From the NCBI GenBank assembly GCA_047635695.1, contig JBLILN010000007.1:23733-87732 (forward strand): DNA of 64,000 nt, read 5' to 3'. Shown here piece by piece: positions 48,500 to 56,808 of this stretch (position 1 is its first letter; each line of letters starts with the position of its first letter). The translations under genes and the position numbers were made by a program. The stretch is from Alphaproteobacteria bacterium (GTDB lineage: Bacteria > Pseudomonadota > Alphaproteobacteria > UBA2136). Below the pieces are notes generated by a model, which was not told the DNA's origin, searched no databases, and saw only the letters and a program-made list of their open reading frames with translations.

Positions 48500-48538
48500 G
48501 TACACTCATTATTTAGTAAAAGTAAAAAAGAAGTAAAA

Positions 48539-49327
48539 ATGAAAAATATAATTGTAGAAAACAAAGGAAATATTGCTTATATCACACTAAATCGTCCAGA
48601 GGTTCATAATGCCTTTGACGAAGAAACGATAGCAGAGCTAACGGCAGCATTTGATAAAATAGAAGCAGACCATTCTGTGCGTGCTCTCGTTATTAAGGGC
48701 GAAGGCAAGAGCTTTTGTGCAGGCGGTGATCTTAACTGGATGAAACGTACTGCAAACTTCACATTGGAAGAAAATACAAAAGACGCCGCAGGCCTTGCAA
48801 CAATGCTTTATACACTTTATAGCGTGAACATTCCTACCATTGCATTGGTACATGGCCATGTATTTGGCGGTGGTGTTGGCGTAGCTGCGGCTTGCGATAT
48901 TGTTATTGCAGACACAGACACCCAATTTGCATTAAGCGAAGTTAAGTTAGGCCTTATCCCTGCGGTTATTTCCCCTTATGTTTTCCGTGCTATGGGCGGA
49001 AGACATATGAAGCGTTACGCACAAACAGCCGAAATTTTTTCAGCCGAGAAAGCTGAAAAAATAAATTTAGTGCATGAAATTTCAAAAGATGCTGCACATG
49101 CGGAGACAATACTCAAAAATATGTTAAACGCTATTACACATAATGCACCACAAGCTATGTCGCTTGCCAAACAGTTGGCAGAAGTTGTTGGTGAAGCATC
49201 TCTCGACGATGACACGCTTCTCGGTACCGCAGAGTGGATAGCCAACCGCCGTGCAACAGACGAAGGTAAAGAAGGTATTCAAGCTTTCCTCGAAAAACGC
49301 TCACCTAATTGGATAAAAGGAAAATAA
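48539..49327 (+). CDS. liuC: enoyl-CoA hydratase (methylglutaconyl-CoA hydratase type)
   Basis: Crotonase-fold motifs (…ALVIKGEGKSFCAGGDL…). Confidence 0.8.
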   Translation: MKNIIVENKGNIAYITLNRPEVHNAFDEETIAELTAAFDKIEADHSVRALVIKGEGKSFCAGGDLNWMKRTANFTLEENTKDAAGLATMLYTLYSVNIPTIALVHGHVFGGGVGVAAACDIVIADTDTQFALSEVKLGLIPAVISPYVFRAMGGRHMKRYAQTAEIFSAEKAEKINLVHEISKDAAHAETILKNMLNAITHNAPQAMSLAKQLAEVVGEASLDDDTLLGTAEWIANRRATDEGKEGIQAFLEKRSPNWIKGK

Positions 49328-49329
49328 AT

Positions 49330-51291
49330 ATGGACCGCCCCTTTGAAAGAATTTTAATAGCAAACCGTGGTGAAATTGCCTGCCGTATTATTGAAGCAGC
49401 CAGAGATATGGACATCGCGACTATCGCTATTTATTCAGACGCTGACTGTGCCAGTTTACATGCCAAAATGGCTGATATGTCTGTACGAATTGGTGGTAAT
49501 ACAGCGGCAGAAACTTATATGGACGGTGATAAAATTATTGAGATTGCCTTGCGAAATGGTGTGCAAGCCATTCACCCTGGTTATGGTTTTTTAAGTGAAA
49601 ATGCGGCCTTTGCAAAAAAATGTGCTGACAATCATATTAAGTTTATTGGGCCAAGTGCAGAAACAATCGAATTAATGGGGTCTAAATCATCCGCTAAAGC
49701 CATTATGGTAAAAGCAGGTGTGCCTGTTGTCCCTGGTTATTATGGCCATGATCAGTCGGATAAAACATTGAAAAATGAAGCACAAAAAATTAGTGTGCCG
49801 TTTTTAATCAAGGCGACTTATGGCGGCGGTGGCCGTGGTATGCGCTTGGTAGAAGACATGAAAAACTTCGACACAGCATTAAACGAAGCACGCAGTGAGG
49901 GTGAAAAATCATTCGGTAGCGCCGATGTTTTAATTGAAAGATACCTCACTGAACCAAGGCACATCGAAGTGCAAATATTTTCGGACACGCACGGCAATAC
50001 AGTTCATTTATATGAACGTGACTGTAGTGTACAGCGCCGTCATCAAAAAGTAATAGAAGAAGCCCCTGCACCGAACTTTTCAACAAAACAGCGTGAAGCA
50101 ATAACCTCTGCAGCAGTCAAGGCCGCCGAAGCGGTTCATTATGAAGGTGCTGGAACGGTCGAGTTTTTGCTTGATAAAGACGGGTCTTTCTATTTTATGG
50201 AAATGAACACACGTTTACAAGTTGAACACCCCGTTACAGAAATGATAACAGGCGAAGACCTAGTGGCATGGCAACTTGTTGTAGCTGCGGGTGCACCACT
50301 TCCACGCGCACAAGAAAATATTACCTGTACGGGGCATAGCTTTGAATGTCGTCTTTATGCAGAAGACCCAGAAAATAATTTCGCGCCGTCTATCGGTCAT
50401 ATTGGTTTATTAGAATGGCCAGAAGAAAGTACATATGTGCGTATCGACACAGGTATTGAAGAGGGGGCTAATGTTTCGCCTTATTATGATGCCATGCTTG
50501 CAAAAATTATTGTTTGGGGCGAAGACCGCGATGAAGCGCTTGATATTATGTATAATACTTTAAGTGCCGTACAAATTGCGGGTGTCAAAACTAACAATAA
50601 ATTGCTGAAGTCTATTGTGTGTAATGAAACTTTTATGTCGGCAAAATTTAGCACGTCGTTTATGGAGGTTGAAAAAGATAACCTTGCACTCACAAAAGAA
50701 AAAGTGCCATCAGAGGTCTTGGCCTTGGCTGTTAATTTTATTCTTGAAGGGCGCTTTGAAGCGGAGGAACATGCTTATCATAACCACCACGATGCAACGT
50801 CTCCTTGGAATGATGTCGATGGATGGCGCATGAATAGTTATCACCGTGAAAAAATTACACTGAAAGACGGTGACCAAAACTACGAAATTTTTATAACATA
50901 CAAGCAAGATGATATCGATATCGAATTACCAGAAGAGGTGGGAGATATCGGCATTGACTTTACAGGTGGCGATGTCTATGAAAATGATGGCATTCTGACC
51001 ATTATGCTTGCAGGACAGTCATATGAGCTGACTTTAGATGATCCAGCACATAAAGGTTTGGATCACACTGTTGATGGTGAAGCACTATGTGCGTCAATGC
51101 CGGGTACTCTCACTAAAATATTGGTTAAAAAAGGCCAAAAGGTTGAAAAGGGCGCAGAGCTTGTTGTGATGGAAGCCATGAAAATGGAACAAACTTATAC
51201 AGCGCCATATGCGGGTATTATAAAAGAAATATGTTTTAAACAAGGGCAACAAGTGGCACAAGGTTCACTTTTGATACGTATAGAGGAATAA
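49330..51291 (+). CDS. liuD: methylcrotonyl-CoA carboxylase biotin-carboxylase/BCCP (alpha) subunit
   Basis: ATP-grasp biotin carboxylase N-terminal domain plus C-terminal biotinyl EAMKM motif; ATG lies 3 nt after the liuC stop. Confidence 0.9.
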   Translation: MDRPFERILIANRGEIACRIIEAARDMDIATIAIYSDADCASLHAKMADMSVRIGGNTAAETYMDGDKIIEIALRNGVQAIHPGYGFLSENAAFAKKCADNHIKFIGPSAETIELMGSKSSAKAIMVKAGVPVVPGYYGHDQSDKTLKNEAQKISVPFLIKATYGGGGRGMRLVEDMKNFDTALNEARSEGEKSFGSADVLIERYLTEPRHIEVQIFSDTHGNTVHLYERDCSVQRRHQKVIEEAPAPNFSTKQREAITSAAVKAAEAVHYEGAGTVEFLLDKDGSFYFMEMNTRLQVEHPVTEMITGEDLVAWQLVVAAGAPLPRAQENITCTGHSFECRLYAEDPENNFAPSIGHIGLLEWPEESTYVRIDTGIEEGANVSPYYDAMLAKIIVWGEDRDEALDIMYNTLSAVQIAGVKTNNKLLKSIVCNETFMSAKFSTSFMEVEKDNLALTKEKVPSEVLALAVNFILEGRFEAEEHAYHNHHDATSPWNDVDGWRMNSYHREKITLKDGDQNYEIFITYKQDDIDIELPEEVGDIGIDFTGGDVYENDGILTIMLAGQSYELTLDDPAHKGLDHTVDGEALCASMPGTLTKILVKKGQKVEKGAELVVMEAMKMEQTYTAPYAGIIKEICFKQGQQVAQGSLLIRIEE

Positions 51292-51294
51292 AAA

Positions 51295-52188
51295 ATGTCA
51301 GAATTTGTCAAAATAATTGAAGTTGGCCCACGTGATGGTTTACAAAATGAAGTGCATCAAATAAGTGCGGCTGAAAAGGTTGAACTTATTCGAAACCTTA
51401 AAAAGGCAGGTGTGAAACATATTGAAGCAGGAGCTTTTGTTTCGCCAAAATCTATACCACAAATGGCCGACACTACCTACGTGATGGAAGGTTTGGACAT
51501 GATAAAATATGGTCTTAAGCTTTCGGTACTGGTCCCTAACATCAAAGGTTATGAAAATGCTGTGGCAGCTGGCGCAAAGGAAGTGGCTATATTTGCTTCA
51601 GCATCTGAAAGTTTTTCCCAAAAAAATGTAAACTGTAGCATTGCTGAAAGCTTTGAACGTTTTGCTGAAATTTTTGAGCGTGCAAAGGTTGAGCATATTA
51701 AAGTACGTGCTTATATTTCATGTATTGCAGCTTGCCCTTACGAAGGTGCCGTCGCTCCTGAAAAGGTTGTCGTAATGGCCAACAAACTTATTGAAATGGG
51801 TGCTTATGAAATTTCATTGGGCGATACCACAGGGGTAGCAAACCCTGCTGCCATTAAACGCCTTATATTTGAACTTTCAGCAACAATACCAATGCATAAA
51901 ATCGCTGTTCATTTTCATGATACTTACGGCCAAGCCTTAGCGAATATTTACGCGGCACTCGAAGTGGGTGTCCGTACAATAGACTGCAGTGTTGCAGGCC
52001 TTGGTGGCTGCCCCTATGCACCGGGCTCTTCGGGTAATGTAGCCACAGAAGATGTTGTTTTTATGCTTGATAATTTAGGTTATTCAACAGGTATTGACCT
52101 TGAAATGTTGGTACGCACAGCTTGGTATGTGAGCGATTTATTTGACCGTGAACCAGTGTCTAAGGTCGCCCGCGCCATGGGCCGATAA
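51295..52188 (+). CDS. liuE: hydroxymethylglutaryl-CoA lyase
   Basis: HMGL-like TIM-barrel motifs (…EVGPRDGLQNE…, …HFHDTYGQALAN…). Confidence 0.85.
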   Translation: MSEFVKIIEVGPRDGLQNEVHQISAAEKVELIRNLKKAGVKHIEAGAFVSPKSIPQMADTTYVMEGLDMIKYGLKLSVLVPNIKGYENAVAAGAKEVAIFASASESFSQKNVNCSIAESFERFAEIFERAKVEHIKVRAYISCIAACPYEGAVAPEKVVVMANKLIEMGAYEISLGDTTGVANPAAIKRLIFELSATIPMHKIAVHFHDTYGQALANIYAALEVGVRTIDCSVAGLGGCPYAPGSSGNVATEDVVFMLDNLGYSTGIDLEMLVRTAWYVSDLFDREPVSKVARAMGR

Positions 52189-52189
52189 T

Positions 52190-52783
52190 ATGAATAAAAT
52201 CTGTGATTTTTATAATGAAAACGCTGCATCTTATAGCACTCAAAGTCTGGGGTTGATACCTCTCAATGCATGGAATGCCTTTGAATCGTACATAGTTCAA
52301 AATGCACATATTTTAGACGCAGGCTGTGGCGTTGGCCGCGACAGTAAACACTTTATGGATAAAGGTTATAAAGTCACATCTATGGATGGCTCTATCGCTA
52401 TGGTGAGACAAGCTGAACAAACGACAGGGCACAAAGTTATCCATTGTCTATTTGATGATATCGATGAAATAGGCCGGTATGACGCTATTTGGTGTTATGC
52501 TCCCTTGCTTCATGTCCATAAACACAAACTTGATGAAACGCTGAGCAGGATTCAAATAGCACTTAAAAATAAAGGTGTGTTATTCATGTGTTTTAAGCAT
52601 GGTGAGTGGGACGGTTTAGACGCCCATAAACGCTATTATTATGATTTAAATGATGCACGTTTTAGTGCACTTGAATTAGACAGTAAAGGCTGGAAAATTG
52701 AGAGAAAATGCCTAGAACCATGCCCTTTGCTGGCGTTGCCTAAAAGGCCAGACTGGTATTCAGTTATACTACGCAAAGAATAA
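52190..52783 (+). CDS. class I SAM-dependent methyltransferase (ATG 2 nt after liuE stop)
   Basis: …ILDAGCGVGRDS… glycine-rich SAM-binding motif I. Confidence 0.6.
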   Translation: MNKICDFYNENAASYSTQSLGLIPLNAWNAFESYIVQNAHILDAGCGVGRDSKHFMDKGYKVTSMDGSIAMVRQAEQTTGHKVIHCLFDDIDEIGRYDAIWCYAPLLHVHKHKLDETLSRIQIALKNKGVLFMCFKHGEWDGLDAHKRYYYDLNDARFSALELDSKGWKIERKCLEPCPLLALPKRPDWYSVILRKE

Positions 52784-52830
52784 AAAAAAGAAGCTCTTAA
52801 ATAAGAGCTTCTTTTGCATCAATATAAAGA

Positions 52831-53226
52831 TTATGCTTTAGCCATAGGCTTATATGTCCACCACATAACTTCACCAATTAAGGCACAACCTGCCCACATT
52901 GCTGCAGTCCACATCCACCAGTCTTGTGTTGGCATTGCGCCTGAAATCCAAAGCACACCAATCATCACTGACCACATGTAAGTACCAAAACGTATACCTT
53001 CTTTCCAGTTACTACCTTCATAGCCTTTAATGAAGACAAATGTAAGCGCAAGTGCAAACCAAGCATAAGAAATGATAGTTTCCCAATTCATCCAAACTTT
53101 GTTTTCAATGCCCCAAGCTGCTAACCATTGTTCGTTTGACATCCATTGTGCCATTGCCCAGTCGCCAAGCCAGCTAATAATGAAAGCGCTTAAAGCAACC
53201 ATCCACCATGATTTCCAGTTTTTCAT
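52831..53226 (-). CDS. Trp-rich small integral membrane protein (about 20 Trp in 131 aa)
   Basis: Composition and hydrophobic segments; no family recognised. Confidence 0.45.
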   Translation of the reverse strand: MKNWKSWWMVALSAFIISWLGDWAMAQWMSNEQWLAAWGIENKVWMNWETIISYAWFALALTFVFIKGYEGSNWKEGIRFGTYMWSVMIGVLWISGAMPTQDWWMWTAAMWAGCALIGEVMWWTYKPMAKA

Positions 53227-53383
53227 TTTATATACCTTGTTATTTGTTTTTTGTTAAACTTTGTATTGATAATACGTGAAAGTGTTTGATTTATCTAATA
53301 AATAATTTACCTTTAATTTAACTTCTAGGTAAATAACAGCCTTAACTGTGACTTGAATGTCATTTTAACTTGTAAACGTAAAA

Positions 53384-53412
53384 AAAAGCCCTCAATTGAG
53401 GGCTTTGTCATA
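53384..53412 (-). terminator. terminator (GCCCTCA-at-TGAGGGC; T-run on minus strand, A-run on plus strand)
   Basis: Hairpin flanked by A8 and T-rich sequence. Confidence 0.45.
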
Positions 53413-53539
53413 AATGACTTTGATCGATATTGTGTTTTATTCGCAGTATCTTTCACCTGATTATTTCTGAGACAATAAATTTTCCGCACGGGCAACAGTA
53501 AGTGTATAGTCTACTCTATATAATCTAATCTAACCTAAG

Positions 53540-53881
53540 CTAAGCTATAGCTTCGCCACCTGTAACCGAACTGTTTCTTTCTACATTTACCTGAATAGCA
53601 AAACCTCTAGCCTTTAATTTTAGAACGTAGGCTTCCAATTGTTTATCTTGCATTATTTCAGTCTGACTATATTCAGGGTTAGGAAATGCTAAAATAAACA
53701 CCTTAATTTTTTCTGCAGTCGTGGGGTTTTTATACATTTTATGTATAAACGCGCGAACATTAGCACTTAATGTATCAAGCTTTTTTTTGATAAAGGCTGT
53801 GCGAATTTCGGTTTCTTTTTTGTCGATATCTTTGACTGTAATGGGTTTTTGACCTGCGTCAGGGGAATGATCTAAAGACAT
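53540..53881 (-). CDS. hypothetical protein
   Basis: ORF only. Confidence 0.35.
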   Translation of the reverse strand: MSLDHSPDAGQKPITVKDIDKKETEIRTAFIKKKLDTLSANVRAFIHKMYKNPTTAEKIKVFILAFPNPEYSQTEIMQDKQLEAYVLKLKARGFAIQVNVERNSSVTGGEAIA

Positions 53882-54040
53882 AATCGTCTCCTTGGGTTGT
53901 GGTGCCTAAGGAACATAAAAAGTGTGTAGATGTATATATCTAATATATAAATAGCCCTTATGGATATGAATTACCATGGCCATGCATAAAAAAAGCGACC
54001 TATAAAATTAGCCGCTTAAAAATAAAGATGATTACATCTT

Positions 54041-54271
54041 TTAGTCTTCGTTGTCGCCTGAAATATAGCCACGTACTAAAATATTACGTTGCTTTTTGCC
54101 TTTACCACGCTGAAGGTAAGGTTCGCTTAACAGTTGAAGCTCTTCGCCTTCAATGTGAAAGAGGGCGTCTGGGTATTCAAGTTTAGCGTTCTCCCAAACT
54201 TTATATAAAGTTGCCGCCACACGTAAAAATTGACGTTTATCTTTTGGACACATTTGTGGTGCATCTTGCAT
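54041..54271 (-). CDS. hypothetical small protein
   Basis: ORF only. Confidence 0.3.
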   Translation of the reverse strand: MQDAPQMCPKDKRQFLRVAATLYKVWENAKLEYPDALFHIEGEELQLLSEPYLQRGKGKKQRNILVRGYISGDNED

Positions 54272-54378
54272 GGCTTTATTCCCTATTCATTTAATTATTT
54301 ATACCTTATAACAAAAATTATCTGATATTGCGAGCCTAGATATTGCTTTATAAGCGCTAGACTGGTATCAATGTATTT

Positions 54379-56196
54379 ATGAGTGATTTATTAATCTGTC
54401 GAGATATCGAAAAAAGCATTGGTGACCGCCTGTTATTTACAAGCATTACCTATTCTATTAAAGAACGTGAAAAAATTGGCCTGATTGGGCCTAACGGCGC
54501 GGGTAAATCAACTTTCTTAAAAATTCTCGCAGGCCATTTAGAAGCCGACAAAGGTGAATTGGTGCGCGCTAAAAACTCACGCATGGTTTATATTCCGCAA
54601 ATTGAAGAAATTAACCCTGAATTAACTGTACTAGAAGCAGCATTAGAAGCTTTAGCTGATGACCCAGGTGACGATTTTGAAAAAGAAACAGCCGTCAGTA
54701 TTGCCCTTGGACGTATTGGTTTTGATGACTTTAGCAAAAAAGTTTCTGCCCTTTCAGGGGGGTGGTTAAAGCGCCTTTCTATTGCCCGCCAAGTGGCAAG
54801 AGAACCAGACTTGTTGCTATTAGACGAACCGACAAACCACCTTGATCTTGAAGGTATTGAATGGCTAGAAAGCTATCTATTCTCGGCAAACTTTTCGTAT
54901 GTTGTGATTAGCCACGACAGGCATTTCCTCGAAAAATGTACAAATAAAACGCTTGAAATTAATCCACGCTATAAAAATACATACTGGGGATATGAGGGCA
55001 GCTATAATACTTTTATTGAAAAGAAGGCTGACTATTTTTCTGGTGAAAAACAACGTGCAAGCAACCTTGCAAACAAAGCACGTATTGAAGACGCATGGCT
55101 TAAGCGCGGTGTAAGGGCAAGGGGCACAAAGCAAAATGCGCGTAAAAATAGCGCAAATGATTTGTTTGATGAAGTGAAAGACCTTAAAAACCGCACAAGA
55201 GAAGAAAAGAAAATTTCTCTCGATTTTGAGGCGACGGATAAAAAAACGAAGCGTCTTGTCGTTTTACATGCTGTTAAAAAATTATATGGCGATAAAAATA
55301 TTATTGATGGCTTAGATCTCACACTTGCACCTGGTATGCGTGTAGGGTTACTGGGGGCAAACGGTATTGGTAAAAGTACGTTGATGAATATTATTGCGGG
55401 CACACTTGAAGCGGACGCTGGTAAACGTAATTTAGCTCACGGGGCTAAGGTGATTAAATTTGACCAAAATCGTGGTTTACTTGATCCTAATGTTAAACTG
55501 CGTGAAGCGCTAACACCAGCAGGTTCTGATATTGTGGAATACCGCGGTGAAAATATTCACGTGGCTTCATGGGCGCAAAAACTGCGTTTCCGTAGCGACC
55601 AGTTAGACAGCCCTGTACGTGCGCTAAGTGGTGGTGAGCAAGCAAGGGTTCTTATGGGACAACTTATGCTACAGCAAGCCGATATTCTTCTTCTCGATGA
55701 ACCGACCAACGACCTTGATATACCTTCTATTGAAGTGCTAGAGGAAAGTTTGATGACATTTCCTGGTGCCGTCGTCCTTGTGACGCATGATAGGGAAATG
55801 ATTAGCCGTGTGTCTACTGTTTTACTTGGATTTGAAGGTGATGGCGTTATTACACCATATGTTGACTACCCACAATGGCAAAACCGTCATAAAACAAAAG
55901 CAAAAGATAATACACAAGTTTATGAAAAAGTGACTGAAGTTGACATGCCACAAACAAAAACGAAGAAGGTTAATAAATTTTCATATAAAGACCAAAGAGA
56001 ATGGGACGGTATGGAACAAGCTATTTTAGAAGCTGAGACGGCTCTAGAGGATTTACACAAAAACCCTGTAGATGCGAAAGATTTAAGTGTTTTTAAAGCT
56101 TATTGTCATGATATGGGCGAAGCACAAGACAAAATTGATGTATTATATCTGCGTTGGTCTGAATTAGAAGAGCAATTAAATGCGACGAAAGGGTAG
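54379..56196 (+). CDS. ABC-F family ATPase (tandem ABC domains without TM segments; Uup/EttA-like)
   Basis: Two Walker A motifs (GPNGAGKST, GANGIGKST), two LSGG signatures and a C-terminal coiled-coil. Confidence 0.85.
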   Translation: MSDLLICRDIEKSIGDRLLFTSITYSIKEREKIGLIGPNGAGKSTFLKILAGHLEADKGELVRAKNSRMVYIPQIEEINPELTVLEAALEALADDPGDDFEKETAVSIALGRIGFDDFSKKVSALSGGWLKRLSIARQVAREPDLLLLDEPTNHLDLEGIEWLESYLFSANFSYVVISHDRHFLEKCTNKTLEINPRYKNTYWGYEGSYNTFIEKKADYFSGEKQRASNLANKARIEDAWLKRGVRARGTKQNARKNSANDLFDEVKDLKNRTREEKKISLDFEATDKKTKRLVVLHAVKKLYGDKNIIDGLDLTLAPGMRVGLLGANGIGKSTLMNIIAGTLEADAGKRNLAHGAKVIKFDQNRGLLDPNVKLREALTPAGSDIVEYRGENIHVASWAQKLRFRSDQLDSPVRALSGGEQARVLMGQLMLQQADILLLDEPTNDLDIPSIEVLEESLMTFPGAVVLVTHDREMISRVSTVLLGFEGDGVITPYVDYPQWQNRHKTKAKDNTQVYEKVTEVDMPQTKTKKVNKFSYKDQREWDGMEQAILEAETALEDLHKNPVDAKDLSVFKAYCHDMGEAQDKIDVLYLRWSELEEQLNATKG

Positions 56197-56234
56197 TGCT
56201 ATAGCAGGCACTTCTCTAAAGCTAATATTTTAAA

Positions 56235-56693
56235 TTAGATATCGTCAGTCGTATTTTTCCCGCGTACTGGCAGCAAACCAAGTCGACTACGTAGATATTC
56301 TTGACGGTTCTTCAACCTCTCTTCTGCGGCCTTTGGTAAGGTTGAAAAAAAGTCGTCTTTTTCTTCCTTGGTCATAAATTTCCAATTTTTATGTGCTGCT
56401 TTACGGCGTTCTTCCAATGATTTTGGGAATTCTTCGTCAGCCGGAACTTCAATTTTCACGCTCTTTGAAACTTCTGCCGCAGGTTTTTCGCTTGAGATGA
56501 TATTTTCATAGTCTATAGATTTGTTATCTATCACGTTTTGGCGCACTTCATTGAAGTCCTGAATGATCATTAATTCATTTTCAATATAAAGGCGTGGCAT
56601 AATCTCGTCATCGGCATGGCAAACAGGTAGCGTCGCATAAACGATTATTAATGCGCAGATTTTTTGTATTTTTTTGTTTGTGCCCATAGACAT
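56235..56693 (-). CDS. hypothetical secreted protein
   Basis: Signal peptide …TLPVCHA. Confidence 0.4.
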   Translation of the reverse strand: MSMGTNKKIQKICALIIVYATLPVCHADDEIMPRLYIENELMIIQDFNEVRQNVIDNKSIDYENIISSEKPAAEVSKSVKIEVPADEEFPKSLEERRKAAHKNWKFMTKEEKDDFFSTLPKAAEERLKNRQEYLRSRLGLLPVRGKNTTDDI

Positions 56694-56760
56694 ATTACCT
56701 TTGTTTTACACATTATTGTTTTTGTCGTTATATTTTGCAAGTTATATGCGTTATAAGACA

Positions 56761-56792
56761 AAAAAAACACCCCTTTTTTAAGAGGGGTGTTA
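56761..56792 (-). terminator. terminator after the 639-aa gene (AACACCCCT-n8-AGGGGTGTT, bidirectional)
   Basis: Perfect 9-bp stem flanked by A8 and T-runs. Confidence 0.55.
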
Positions 56793-56808
56793 AATCGATA
56801 CAACAGTT

